Below, piece by piece: positions 27,201-36,441 of a DNA stretch of 63,988 bases (the first letter of the stretch is position 1; each line of letters begins with the position of its first letter). The notes beneath the pieces are model-generated. The model ran no database searches. It saw nothing but the letters and a program-made list of their open reading frames with translations, and was not told the DNA's origin. The stretch is from contig CM119268.1 in assembly GCA_051294375.1 (NCBI GenBank), positions 18,680,615 to 18,744,602 of the forward strand, in the 5' to 3' direction. Position numbers and translations under genes: made by a program. This stretch comes from Paraspadella gotoi (lineage: Eukaryota > Animalia > Chaetognatha).

Positions 27201-28748
27201 TCCAACGACTCGACCAAGACATTGAGGCAATCTTCTTGCACTGGAGATAGAAAATTATATTGTTTATTTTTTTTTATTTCTTAGTAGTTGATTTTGTTTT
27301 CTCTTTTCATCTTTTTTTTCCTTTAGTCCATTCTTTTTTTATTTCTCTTTCTTTCTTTATTTCTTTCTTTTCATATTTTTTTTCTTTCTTTCCTTCTTTC
27401 CTTTCTTTCTTTATTTATTTCTTTCTTTCTTTCTTTCTCTCTTTCTCTCCACCACCTTTTCCCTTGCACTGGGCCAGTCTCGATAACTCCGTCCACGCCT
27501 TCGGGATATCCACACTTCCGCGCGTAGTGGAGAGACCCGCTCGTCTCTTTGCTCGTCGCAGCATTTTGTAGGCGACGTCCTCCATCTCTCTAAGTTCGCT
27601 GTCGTGGCAGCCTGAGAATTGTAATCAAATCAGTCAACCAGTAAATAAAATCAATCATTGTAACCAATCACCATTAAATCTTGCAGCCTGGGAATGTAAT
27701 CAAATCAGTCAATCAGTAAATAAAATCAATCAATGTAACCAATCACCATTAAATCTTGCAGCCTGAGATGTAATCAAATCAGTCAAGCAGTAAATAAAAT
27801 CAATCAATGTAACCAATCACCATTACATCTTTCAGCCTGAGAATGTAATCAAATCAGTCAAGCAGTAAATAAATCAATCAATGTAACCAATCACCATTAA
27901 ATCTTGCAGCCTGAGAATGTAATCAATCAGTCAAGCAGTAAATAAAATCATCAATGTAACCAATCACCATTAAATCTTGCAGCCTGAGAATGTAATCAAA
28001 TCAGTCAAGCAGTAATAAAAAATCAATCAATGTAACCAATCCATTTAATCTTGCAGCCTGAGAATGTAATCAATTCAGTCAACCATTTCAAATCAATGTA
28101 ACCAATCACCATTAAATCTTTCAGCCTGAGAATGTAATCAATCAGTCAAGAGTAAATAAAATCAATCAATGTAACCAATCACCATTAAATCTTGCAGCCT
28201 GAGAATGTAATCAAATCAGTCAAGCAGTAAATAAAATCAATCAATGTAACCAATCACCATTAAATCTTGCAGCCTGAGAATGTAATCAAATCAGTCAAGC
28301 AGTAAATAAAATCAATCAATGTAACCAATCACCATTAAATCTTGCAGCCTGAGAATGTAATCAAATCAGTCAAGCAGAAATAAAATCAATCAATGTAACC
28401 AATCACCATTAAATCTTGCAGCCTGAGAATGTAATCAAATCAGTCAAGCAGTAAATAAAATCAATCAATGTAACCAATCACCATTAAATTATCTTGCAGT
28501 CTGGACTCAGAGAATGCTAATCAAATCAGCGTCAAGCAGAATAAAATCAATCAATGTAACCAATCACCATTAAATCTTGCTATAAAGTCGTCGGTGACGT
28601 CCAGTGGATTCTTGTTGGCCTGAACGATCCCGGGCATCGAGCGATGCTGCTCGTACTGTTGACGCAAAAGACGCTCTTGCAATAGGAGGCGTTGGCTGTT
28701 GGAGATGATGCCGAACTTGTGGACGACGGGGAGTCTGGCGACGGGCAT
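6953..28748 (-). CDS. TMEM232: TMEM232 orthologue (multi-exon, with a large low-complexity insertion; 3' exons duplicated in the assembly)
   Basis: Exons 28748-28568 (MPVARLPVVHKFGIIS...VTDDFIARFN), 27611-27456 (AYKMLRRAKRRAGL...VDIPKAWTELSRLAQCKGK), 27240-27110 (VQEDCLNVLVESLD...HIPTLFYLAE) and 20938-20692 (ELKLLRMARLIFKRL...YSRYPN). Later blocks: LWHAVDVW near 20260, TWVNTIVAMEILGEAA near 19900, WPWE/VGVVYVDVL near 15970/15860, FVARRLASLYLP near 8240 and DLNRVVEDQW near 7220. These match human TMEM232 blocks as recalled ([74 protein letters not shown]) in the same order. Confidence 0.9.
8720..12970. repeat. Indel-riddled tandem copy of about 4400-8665 (probable raw long-read assembly artefact)
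   Basis: Colinear with 4400-8665, with dense, mostly single-base insertions in exons and introns alike. Confidence 0.85.
12020..12280. repeat. (AAAT)n microsatellite
   Basis: Run of AAAT/AATAA units; the counterpart at 7380-8010 is broken by N gaps. Confidence 0.9.
14440..14620. repeat. Dispersed repeat with about 22-bp subunits; inverted copy at about 42060-42232
   Basis: ttactatcgaaagcggctcgat at about 14571 is the reverse complement of atcgagccgctttcgatagtaa at about 42084. Both are flanked by ggttatcat..gcatcaatatt-type units. Confidence 0.7.
21570..22005 (+). mobile_element. Non-autonomous Helentron/HINE-like element carrying a 21-bp tandem array
   Basis: About 16 copies of ttttttaacttgcatcatttt-like units (21570-21932), then ggaccgacggaccaac, ctatagagtcg and a stem-loop agtcgggatct...agatccgact (21965-21995) ending in an A-run. 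Confidence 0.5.
22039..22271 (+). mobile_element. tRNA-derived SINE-like element related to the 31605/62619 family
   Basis: 5' hairpin gtgtgga...ttcacac, A-box-like TGGCTCAAAGG and B-box-like GTTCAATCC. Shares gccagtgacaggaggcg and the terminal gttgccata with the 31605 element. Confidence 0.55.
22582..26646 (+). CDS. Single-pass LRR receptor with cytoplasmic pseudokinase, KEN (RNase L/IRE1-type) ribonuclease and ubiquitin-like tail, 1354 aa, intronless CDS
   Basis: Uninterrupted ORF. ATG 22582 follows a splice acceptor and starts a signal peptide. Many LxxLxLxxNxI repeats; LRR-CT GNNWDCNSC at about 24826; TM at about 24964-25040; kinase-like HSNIINL, LLRGLAFLHS, IFHLGLSLDSIFL and LKIGNFG; KEN motif YRITKCIDLIRFIRNIIEH...YFSEKFP; ubiquitin-like VKALK...VPTDQLKISLNGRLVKD. 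Confidence 0.9.
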   Translation: MNLRLFDGMICATLIPILLLLNISFVASDCLLSSWFDKNALNVQNFTVFHAHWAGTDVQSPKKGCTTLTRNIMFHATVKWKNRKYLLRDFFQRDSNKSTSEINFYNLGIERLENGFLYDFPFLKQVGFTQNSISFIGVDAFKDSALEVIGLDHNNVTEITTQFTNLTTLRHLRMRCNDLKRVSSNAFQGTNRLSRLYLTCNWIITTSFLQSLSRVKKFTIEFGGDASTSRVSFPNFTRLRDIQIYFVRRTNLSFLHGRHDTIKSLRVTGMKALTENFFSNMTIIKFIDIRRGTLVSLTKNLLRNLSYLSHLTLKEMGITHIEKGSFIGTKSLRSLRLNQNAIGQINKTTFEHLKYLKSLDLSENVIQTIHPNAFSVLESIKFINLGFNLIKHLNELLFTKLPLLQNLILEGNRLKTLSIPADNSITFLNLDNNSFSEINVALMSNLTNLLYFSILQNPLTRIPKYSFKKSFLKDINFGCCSREFVDKSQSEKERYCHNVSMKIDKNALRLNDYFRSGRKLTRLSILGCATPLEDTIENLNSVDSMLEIITSQFQARWNDWKSSLGILRLNSYGNEAVFDLSENDIRIVKFRQFSSLTAKVLDLSNNHIRYIAPNAFTDSSIAHIKLNGNNLVTIYLDFNKIAPDIFQHIDAFNNNLTFFYVNSLRNNVKAFISIDLSKNQIKRFRDVGIFGFSYVKTLNLSQNNISQFSSNSSILNISTVESIDVSHNHLKELPPEITFLKDTKIIAKGNNWDCNSCFQAYLFSHVILYQSMEDFNCFSTQTLHEYVQVCNIEEYYIPYGFLVIVCIMILIKLIHSLNILRLKKKYKVCELVPLGTFRKRKEFVKKSSRHQMISHSNIINLRNFSTEFSFKYFIKGYSFVERALCNLQQGLEISDTGQIVYDKDQLCKQLLRGLAFLHSLSPPIFHLGLSLDSIFLCGSFENLTLKIGNFGECLTADDIKKLGCVKISRIRCYDLECASEIIKTIQQNLTVEFKVLCRALSKGLDATKALETPAFQPVSDKFVLLNKLNNLLKDMRLKRNNSVNEIEEKSTLIIGGQGSWNKLFDSKMLYTFGTRTNGYRITKCIDLIRFIRNIIEHAEEEKTTMKNTLGVEAPKPEELYRYFSEKFPYFFLFAIYIYDKLENTLSVEKNIYFEEFSNLLNEMTENLSEEVSLQPLLLKNTVQVTFLNFDPRTRYLATVEKSLQFSMNEPKTKVDGSLVAEMIVKDVECLWPGTPKESLSALTEQGFDLFETSNPSIPVLEGSEVRVSKMQCLVRSDQFPDDKGFHFLFDFKRKFNVKALKANYIQCLAAQVGIKVPTDQLKISLNGRLVKDNDKILLLEFSKYPFLVEVLCAH
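27607..28580. repeat. 13-copy tandem repeat of a 75-bp unit forming TMEM232 coding intron 1
   Basis: Unit gcagcctgagaatgtaatcaaatcagtcaagcagtaaataaaatcaatcaatgtaaccaatcaccattaaatctt. Unit starts at about 27607, 27683, 27758, 27832, 27906, 27979, 28053, 28121, 28194, 28269, 28344, 28418 and 28496. Confidence 0.95.
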
Positions 28749-29099
28749 GGCGATCGAAGGACTTTAGAGGCACGAGGGGGCGTGGCAGTCGGATTTACGA
28801 CTTAGGTTTTGTCATGTTTGCGATGGTCGATTGAAGTATTTTTAATTGTTTCATCTAAATCATCTCACGAAAAATAGAAAATTCAGTATAATCTTACATG
28901 ACAAATAACGAAGAGCCATTCGCTTACGAAACGAAAACCATTCACAAACTAAAATTAAATACTTTAAATTTCAATGCGAATTTCATTTGCTCATATACCA
29001 CAACCCTTTCCCCAAATCATAATAAGCCCGGCCGATGTTCTTATTTTTTTCTTCGTAACCACGAAAAACAAGACTCGTCCAATAGAAACTTACCTCTTC

Positions 29100-29180
29100 T
29101 CCCGTTGGCCAATGGCGTGGCTGAATTTTCCACGGTTTCATAGCAACGGGAGTCAGAACAGGCCAATCAACAGGAAGTAA
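29100..29180. promoter_or_regulatory. Putative bidirectional TMEM232/ENKD1 promoter with an RFX X-box, two CCAAT boxes and an ETS site
   Basis: CCAAT 29109-29113, GTTTCATAGCAAC 29135-29147, CCAAT 29163-29167, CAGGAAGT 29171-29178. A minus-strand donor AG/GTAAGT near 29093 suggests a TMEM232 5'UTR exon here. Confidence 0.55.
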
Positions 29181-29784
29181 AGGTGTTTTTGGGGTTTCAA
29201 GACGAGAAAGAGAGAGAAAGAGAGAGAGAGAAAGAGAGAGAGAATCTTTTGATTACTATAACACGTTATTTTCGTTTGCTTCAACTGTTTTTTCCTGTCA
29301 AGTAAACCGATCGCGTGCAAACCGCATTTAAGATCAACTCATGATTCTTCGTATTTTGTCAACTAAAACTTTCCTCATTTTAAGATCGAAATTCCGCTGG
29401 CTGAAGTAAGACAGGATTCCATCCATAACGAACGCGAAAGTTCCTTTCTTAAAAAAAAATTGTGATGAAATGAATCCGTTCGTGAACTTTGTACTCGATT
29501 TTAATCTCGAAAAGTATTTCTATCGGGACTGGTAGGGTTACCGAAAAAAAAGCTATTATACCAATCAGGAACGAAATTATAAAACAACAATGACGTTTCC
29601 AAAATTAAGTACTTCGTTAATATAATATAATATAAAAGACAAATTCCCAATACTTACGGTATTCGTTTTTGTACTCCCCCAAATATTTGCTGTAATTACC
29701 GGATTAATATTAGTGATAATAACTCGTAAGTTCGTAACATCGAAATAAAAATACTAACGGCTGAAGAAAAAAAAATCCGACGAG

Positions 29785-30284
29785 ATGTTGAACTGGCGGT
29801 CGACGCTGTCCGGACCGATCGTGCCGGACGGGGCGTACGTGTCGACGCCGTACGAGACACCGACGAAACCTCATCACGGACTGTGGGTGACGAACGCCGC
29901 TCACGAAAAGTATGAATCAACGTATCGAATATTATTTAATCAAATGCTAAACTAATAAACTCATTGTAGTCAGTAAAAGTATTTAAATTAGAGATTCTAT
30001 CGAGGTCACCAAATAAATAAAATCAATTTAATTTAATCAATCGTTCAATCTCCTCTTTTGCCTCGCTCAGCTACAAACGCGCCATCGGTCACGCGGATCC
30101 TGTCCCCAGCAACCGGGCGCCGCCGCCCCCCGCCCCGCCCCTCGACCACAACAACATCGGCGGGGCGCCCGCGCCGCCGCTACCCACAATGAGAGTCAAG
30201 CCGGAAGGGATGGAGAATTACGAGCAGACGCTGGGCAAGGGGGTCGTCAACTTGCTGGCCATCCAGGGAAAGGTGAAAGGATGG

Positions 30285-30375
<91 letters not shown>

Positions 30376-33300
30376 AGTTGAAAAAAAGAGTGAAGAAACA
30401 AAGAGTGAAAGAGAGCGAGAGTAGATAGTTTTCTAATCATACTTTTAGTACTTTTACTGACTAGATGTTATTTAAAAAATTTAAAATATATCTTTTAATA
30501 AAAAAAATGTATACAAGTAATTGGAGAAAAAAATTTTTTTAGTGATTTCCTTCATCTTCCTCATAAACCCCGCGAATTACTTTCTCCTTAAAATCTTTCA
30601 ATCTTTTCAAAAACTCTTCTCTTATCTCTCTCCCCACCGAGAACAACACCCTGGCCCATTCGGTATCTTCGCCCTCAAAAACGTCTGCCGGAACGACGAG
30701 GCATCCGGTAGCCGAGAGAAGATCACGGCAGAGGTCGCGTTCGCCCGTCGAGTAAGGGTTGCCCGAAGGCGGAAGCATTTTAGTGAGGTTGACCCATAGG
30801 AACAACCCGGCGTTTGTGTCCCTTACCTTAAGAAAACGCGAGGGTGACAGGTGTCGAGGAGGGTTCATTTTATTGGTTATTCGTTGTTCGTTGCTGTTAC
30901 TTACAGACAACGAGCGGCCTTGTGAATATAACCATTAGAAAAAGATAAAAAATCCTAAGAACTCGCTATTACAAAAAATAATGAATGAAAAATAATAGCA
31001 AATGATAAAACCTACTTCGGCTCCCAACTTCAAAAGTTCGCTCGTCATGTGATCCTTGGCTTCTTTCAATCGCCCGAAATTCGTAGGGAAGAAGACCTGG
31101 TCGAGCCATTCCGCGTCGGAGATGAGAGAGTTGAGAAGAAGTTGCACTGGCGACGGCGTCATGTAAAAGACGCTGACCGATGCCATCGCTTTCGCAACGA
31201 CTTTGCTCCAACTTGAGAGAATAAAAATAGTAGTTGAGACTGGAATTATCAACAATTTAATCCAGTGTCAGCCAGAATCTAAATTCCGACGCTCCAGCCG
31301 TGAGTCGCGGGTTCTTTATTTCTATCTCACCATAAAACAGCCACATCGTCTTACCAAAACGTTAAAAATTTCACAAGGCGTCACATTTCATTTCACCAAT
31401 ACACCTGTAAACGACGCCGCAGCGGAATCCGGAAACGCAAATGTCTTTGCTGAAAGACCAGATGAGGTGGACACGGGAAGGATCGGGCAAGGCGCGGCTC
31501 AAGGAGGCCACGCTGTGGAAAGAGTCAGGGTCGGAGATAACTGACATAGCGTAAACCTGTAGAAGAGAAAAAAAGAGTACTTTAAGTTTAAAAGACATAC
31601 TATGGCAACGGGAGGATAGCCTGTGATACCCGGGGCGCGGGGTATCTCACCAACTGGCGTAGGGGCTGCGGACCCTCAGTGACCGCCTCCTGTCACTGGC
31701 ATGTTTATACCGGCACCGTCACATTTAAGCCAGAACCGGGATACCCAGGGATTGAACCCGGGACGCACGGATGGAATGAGATGATTTAGCCTGCTCAGCC
31801 ATTGAGACGAGGCTGAGGACGGACAGCAGTGAGGCAGCATTAAGTCTTGCTGCCACAATACGTTCTCATACAGCTTCATTTCTCTTAAACCTAAATCCTT
31901 TACCAAATCCCTAATCAAATTCCTAACTTACTCCCCAACCATAATCTCTACCCTAACCCCTATTCCTCACCCTTAACCTAATCTTTAAACTTAAAAATTA
32001 CTTAATTCTGACATTAAATTGAAAGGGAGCACTTTTGAAAAATAGGGCCTCGATTACCTCGTCAAATACGACGTGAAGATGTCGCTGATAAGCAAACTCC
32101 AAAACAGTGAGAATGGCCCGGCGGGAAATACAGGTGCCAATGGGGTTTCCTGGGTTAGTGAGAAAAATTCCTCGCACCTTTTTACCTTGTGACTCTGCCG
32201 AATCAAAGGCAAACGCCATCCGAGTGGTAATTTCGGAAATTAATTGATCCTAAATCGTAGTCAAGGTTAATAAACATTTCAAAAAATAAAAGAAAAAGAA
32301 ATTGAAAACGATTAATTAATTTCCTCTTTTAAAACTATTTTAACTACAAGAAGCTTTTATTTTCTCTTGAATCTTTAGATCTTTTCCTCTTAAACTTCAA
32401 ACCGCTCACTTCTTTTCCCTTTCTTTCTCCAACGGACGCCATGAGACTATTGGCCAAATGGACAGGCACAACTTTGACTCTGGCCATTTGGCCCAACCCA
32501 TTTTTGATTCCCTCATAGAAGGGAGAAGGAACGAGGAAGAAGTCGCCATCTTGTGCCAAAACGTGACCGAGACAAGTGATGCCCGACATGGAACTTGGGA
32601 AAAAATTCGAAAATATCTCATTATATATCTTTGGGTTCGGAGATGAAGCGTTAGCCCAGTGCGTTATTTCGGCGCTGATGGAAGGAACAGTCGTATTCAA
32701 CAATATCACAACAATATCATACATATATCATACGTGAGGCTGATTAATAACGACAGTTTCAAAGACTTTTTTAATGACTGGACTTTATCATCCTGCAAAT
32801 TCTACATTTTTACTAAAATGAGTTAATTTGACCGTAACCATAACAACGACAAACTCCCGACTGACCCGAGGAGGACAAAGAGGTGTTCCGGATCGAGCGG
32901 CTCGTCGGCCTTGAGCCGTTGGGAGAGGAAAGACGCCAAATTCCGGCGGAAAAGCGGCAGCCCCGACGGAGGGAAGTAGTGAAAGCCGGATTTGCTGATC
33001 GCGAGCCGAGACATTCTGGAAAGAAGTTTTTTCAAATATGACCGATAAACATATACCGAAAGTTTAATGACAGACAATTTTATGACCTCAATTTCCACTA
33101 ACCTCCCTCAGCTCCTAAAATATTCGGAAATATGCTAAAAGTGGATAATATTAAAATATAATTGTTAGAATCCAAAAATATATCGTAATATGGCAGAAAT
33201 GTTTTTTCTTTAACAAAAGTTATTACTTTGATGATATTTTAGCTATATATTTTTGATTATTTCAAAAAAATGTTTTTATTATAATAGTAAAACAAGTAAT

Positions 33301-36300
33301 TTTGTAACTTAAATAGTATATATGTTACATAGGTATATAGTAAAGAGACAGTAAAAATTGTTAATTTGTTACGAATTAGTGGCAGAACCATTCAATGTAA
33401 GCAGTCCCTGAGCTTCGGATCAGGCTTTAAAATCGTGTTGCAGGCGGGTTAAACGACCCGTTCCCACTTAATTGCTAGGCGACCACCGGTCTAGAACGCC
33501 GGACCTTTGGGTTGGGAGGCAAATGACTTGACTCCTGCACCTATGGCCGCTGATGAACGGTTGGTGGATTTTAGTCCACCATAATAGCGATCATTCTAGT
33601 TTGAAATAATTAACCTCTCGTTAAGCACATCATCCATTAATTTATTTTGCGCAGATCCCAAGTTGATCATCCCCGTGGGATTTTTCTTTGCGCAGAAAGG
33701 ATTACGTTTGCACAACGAAGACTTTTCTATGATGTAGCTGTGGAAGTTTGGGTCGGCAGCATCCACAGCTCGATTCGAAATGATGTCGTGGTCGTCACTT
33801 TCTTGGCCTGTCCCATTTTCCATTTTCCCTTTCGATTTTAATCGACCGAAGAAAAATGTAAATAAAATACAAGGAGGTCCAGCTCTTATGGGACTAATTT
33901 CAAAGGCTTACTGTTTAAGATAGAAGAAAACAAAAGATTATATTTGGAAACTCGGTTAAATTTTCTTTTGATCGATATCAAAAACGGCTTTTGCATGATA
34001 TGTTAAAATTCTTTGCGCCGCTTTCTTACAAAATTTTGGGAAATTTTGGCAAAAATGAAGATGAAGGATAGTGACTTCTGACTTTAGGCTGCGCAGTTTT
34101 TCTTCCTGCAATCCCCCGAATTAATGAAAATGTAGGACAGAGAAGCGAAAAGTGTCTCACACATCCCCTCTAGAATTATCGATTTTCTGATAGCAACAAT
34201 AGTAACAGAAATGAAAACATTCCCAACGGGCGCGGTCCAAAAAGCATGTCACGCCTTGTCTGAACACTTAGACAATGTCATGGTTGCCAAATGTGAATCT
34301 CTTTAATTGATTGTGCTTTTATTATAACTTTTTTAATTTTTTTATTTACCCGTCAAAACGATTTTTTTAAGTTAATCCCAAAAAAGCTGGACCTCCCTGT
34401 ATGTACCGAGCAAAAAGTTAATTGAAAAATAGAAAAAAAAAGAATATTTATGTAGGTATAATGCAAAGAAAAGTTGGTTGGCCAAAACTTGTTATCGCAA
34501 GATTTGAAAACCAGTTCCATTTGACGAACCGTCAGTTGTTCAAGGACATTAACTTACCTCTGTCAGTTACCCGACAAACGGGTTATTTTGTTTTTCTTTG
34601 GTAGGTTTGAAGGTTCAAAAACTAGAATCTAAAACCACAACGTCTGTATTGGCGTTCGCGGTGGCCAACGCGAGTAGTGGAGGACGAGGGGGAGACGGCT
34701 AAAGATTCGACATCTTGGTCTCAAGTTTCCCGATTCGCGACGAGAGTCGCGTCGACGAATAATATAATTTGAAGAAGATGTTTTTTGTTTTGCTTAACGT
34801 TGGAATTTGAATTTGTAGAATAATCAATTGCCTCGAAAATAAGATTTGACGTTGAACGTTTTTACGATACGTTTTTAATTAGTTTATAACTTTTTTATGA
34901 TTCCTTGTTTATTTATAAACAACTTGAACATGTTTTTAACTTCTCGTCTGTTTCAATGTAAATAAACATTTAAAAACGCGTTGAATTCACAATCGTCGTC
35001 TAAAAAAAGTCAGTTACATAGTGAAGGAATGAAAAGAAATTTGAATTGAACTGTTTTTAAATAAGTGAATTATCAAATTCAAGATTCCCAAAACCCATTT
35101 CAACTTTTCTCACACTTCACAGGAATGGACTCCCTCGATCCCAAAGCCCGGAGAGAAGAATCACCAAGCAGCAAACGTGAGAAGGATGAGGAAGATTCAG
35201 CGAGATAGTCGGGAAAGGGCGAGGAAGGCTACAGAGCCTTTGAAGGTAAGGCTTACAAGCTTACAAGCTGAACAAAGCATGAAGTAAAATTAAATGTCGA
35301 ATCATACATCTTTCGTACATACAAAGGCTCTGTGGAAGTCCCCGGCGTACGTGGACGCTCCATCCCGATTGGTCGAGCTCATGCAAGACGTAAATCCTAA
35401 ACAACCAATCAACTCCACTTATCTGAGAGCGCACTCTCGACAAGGAACGCGGGTTGGCAAGGAAAGAGAAATGTCTACCGAGACGATGGGTAAGTATTTT
35501 CATAGAAATGCGATTTTGAACAACAATACGTTAATGTCACAAAAAATGTTTTTCCGCAGACTTGGCAATCGAAGGCACGAAACTCGAAAAAACATTGGAA
35601 AAACATGAATCAAAACAAAAACAAGGGGAAGCCAATAAAGAAAACGAAAAAGGAAACAAACCGACACAAAACTCAGACCAAGAAAAAACTAATAAAAACA
35701 TCGTTGAGAAACAAAAAGAATCACAAGATGGCGTCAAAAAATCCGAGAGCGTCTACAACCTTCTCTCCGACAACGACTCTAACTCACATCATGAACCCGT
35801 TCTGTCTGAAGCGGTGGATTCGCAATCGCATCCGGGAGAGAAAGTCGTCGCCGTGACTCCCCGGATGAGGTTGACTTTAAAGGACTCTAGTCTAAAGCTC
35901 GACCTTAGACGCCTCGAAGAGGACGACGCCGCCAAGTTGACGAAAGGCTCCAAGCTGGCGTCCAAAGCCGTCAATTCCGGGCGCCGTCCGAGAACGCCCT
36001 CTATTCCGTCTCGCCCGCCCAACGCTCCGCGACCTCAATCGGCGCGGGCGGCGTCGTCGACGTCCTTAGCCGACGGCGTCGCGGCGCCTGCTGCGTCGGC
36101 GCGGGGAAGCTCTGCAGGGCGGCGTCCCTGCAGCGCCAGGCTGGATCGAGATCCCAAGGATTTTTTAATTCGCAGAGAAACGAATTTCGTGAGAGTCAAT
36201 TCTAAAGGGGCGAAGGAGACGACGATTCGGTAAGAGAATTTGGTCTCGCTCTCGCTCTCTCTCTCGCTCTCTCTCTCGCTCTCGCTATCTGTTTTTTGTT

Positions 36301-36380
36301 TGGGCTGTCTGTCTTATGATATTGTTTTCTGTCTCTATTTTGCTCTTCCAATTCCCGACTACATTCTCTCACTTTCTCTT

Positions 36381-36441
<61 letters not shown>

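Noticed and set aside
27607-28580. CRISPR-like array
   Set aside because: The units are contiguous 75-bp repeats with no unique spacers, there are no cas genes, and the context is a eukaryotic intron.
33479-33550. Functional tRNA genes here and at about 31740-31805 and 36770-36850
   Set aside because: The D and anticodon arms are degenerate and each is embedded in a longer repeat-like body, so they are treated as SINE heads.
33545-33585. Hammerhead ribozyme suggested by CTGATGA
   Set aside because: I could not find a correctly placed GAAA or the three stems.
34603-34770. GRFEGSKL as the ENKD1 N-terminal exon
   Set aside because: It has an in-frame stop. The exons at 29785-30272 supply a better N-terminus in the correct phase.
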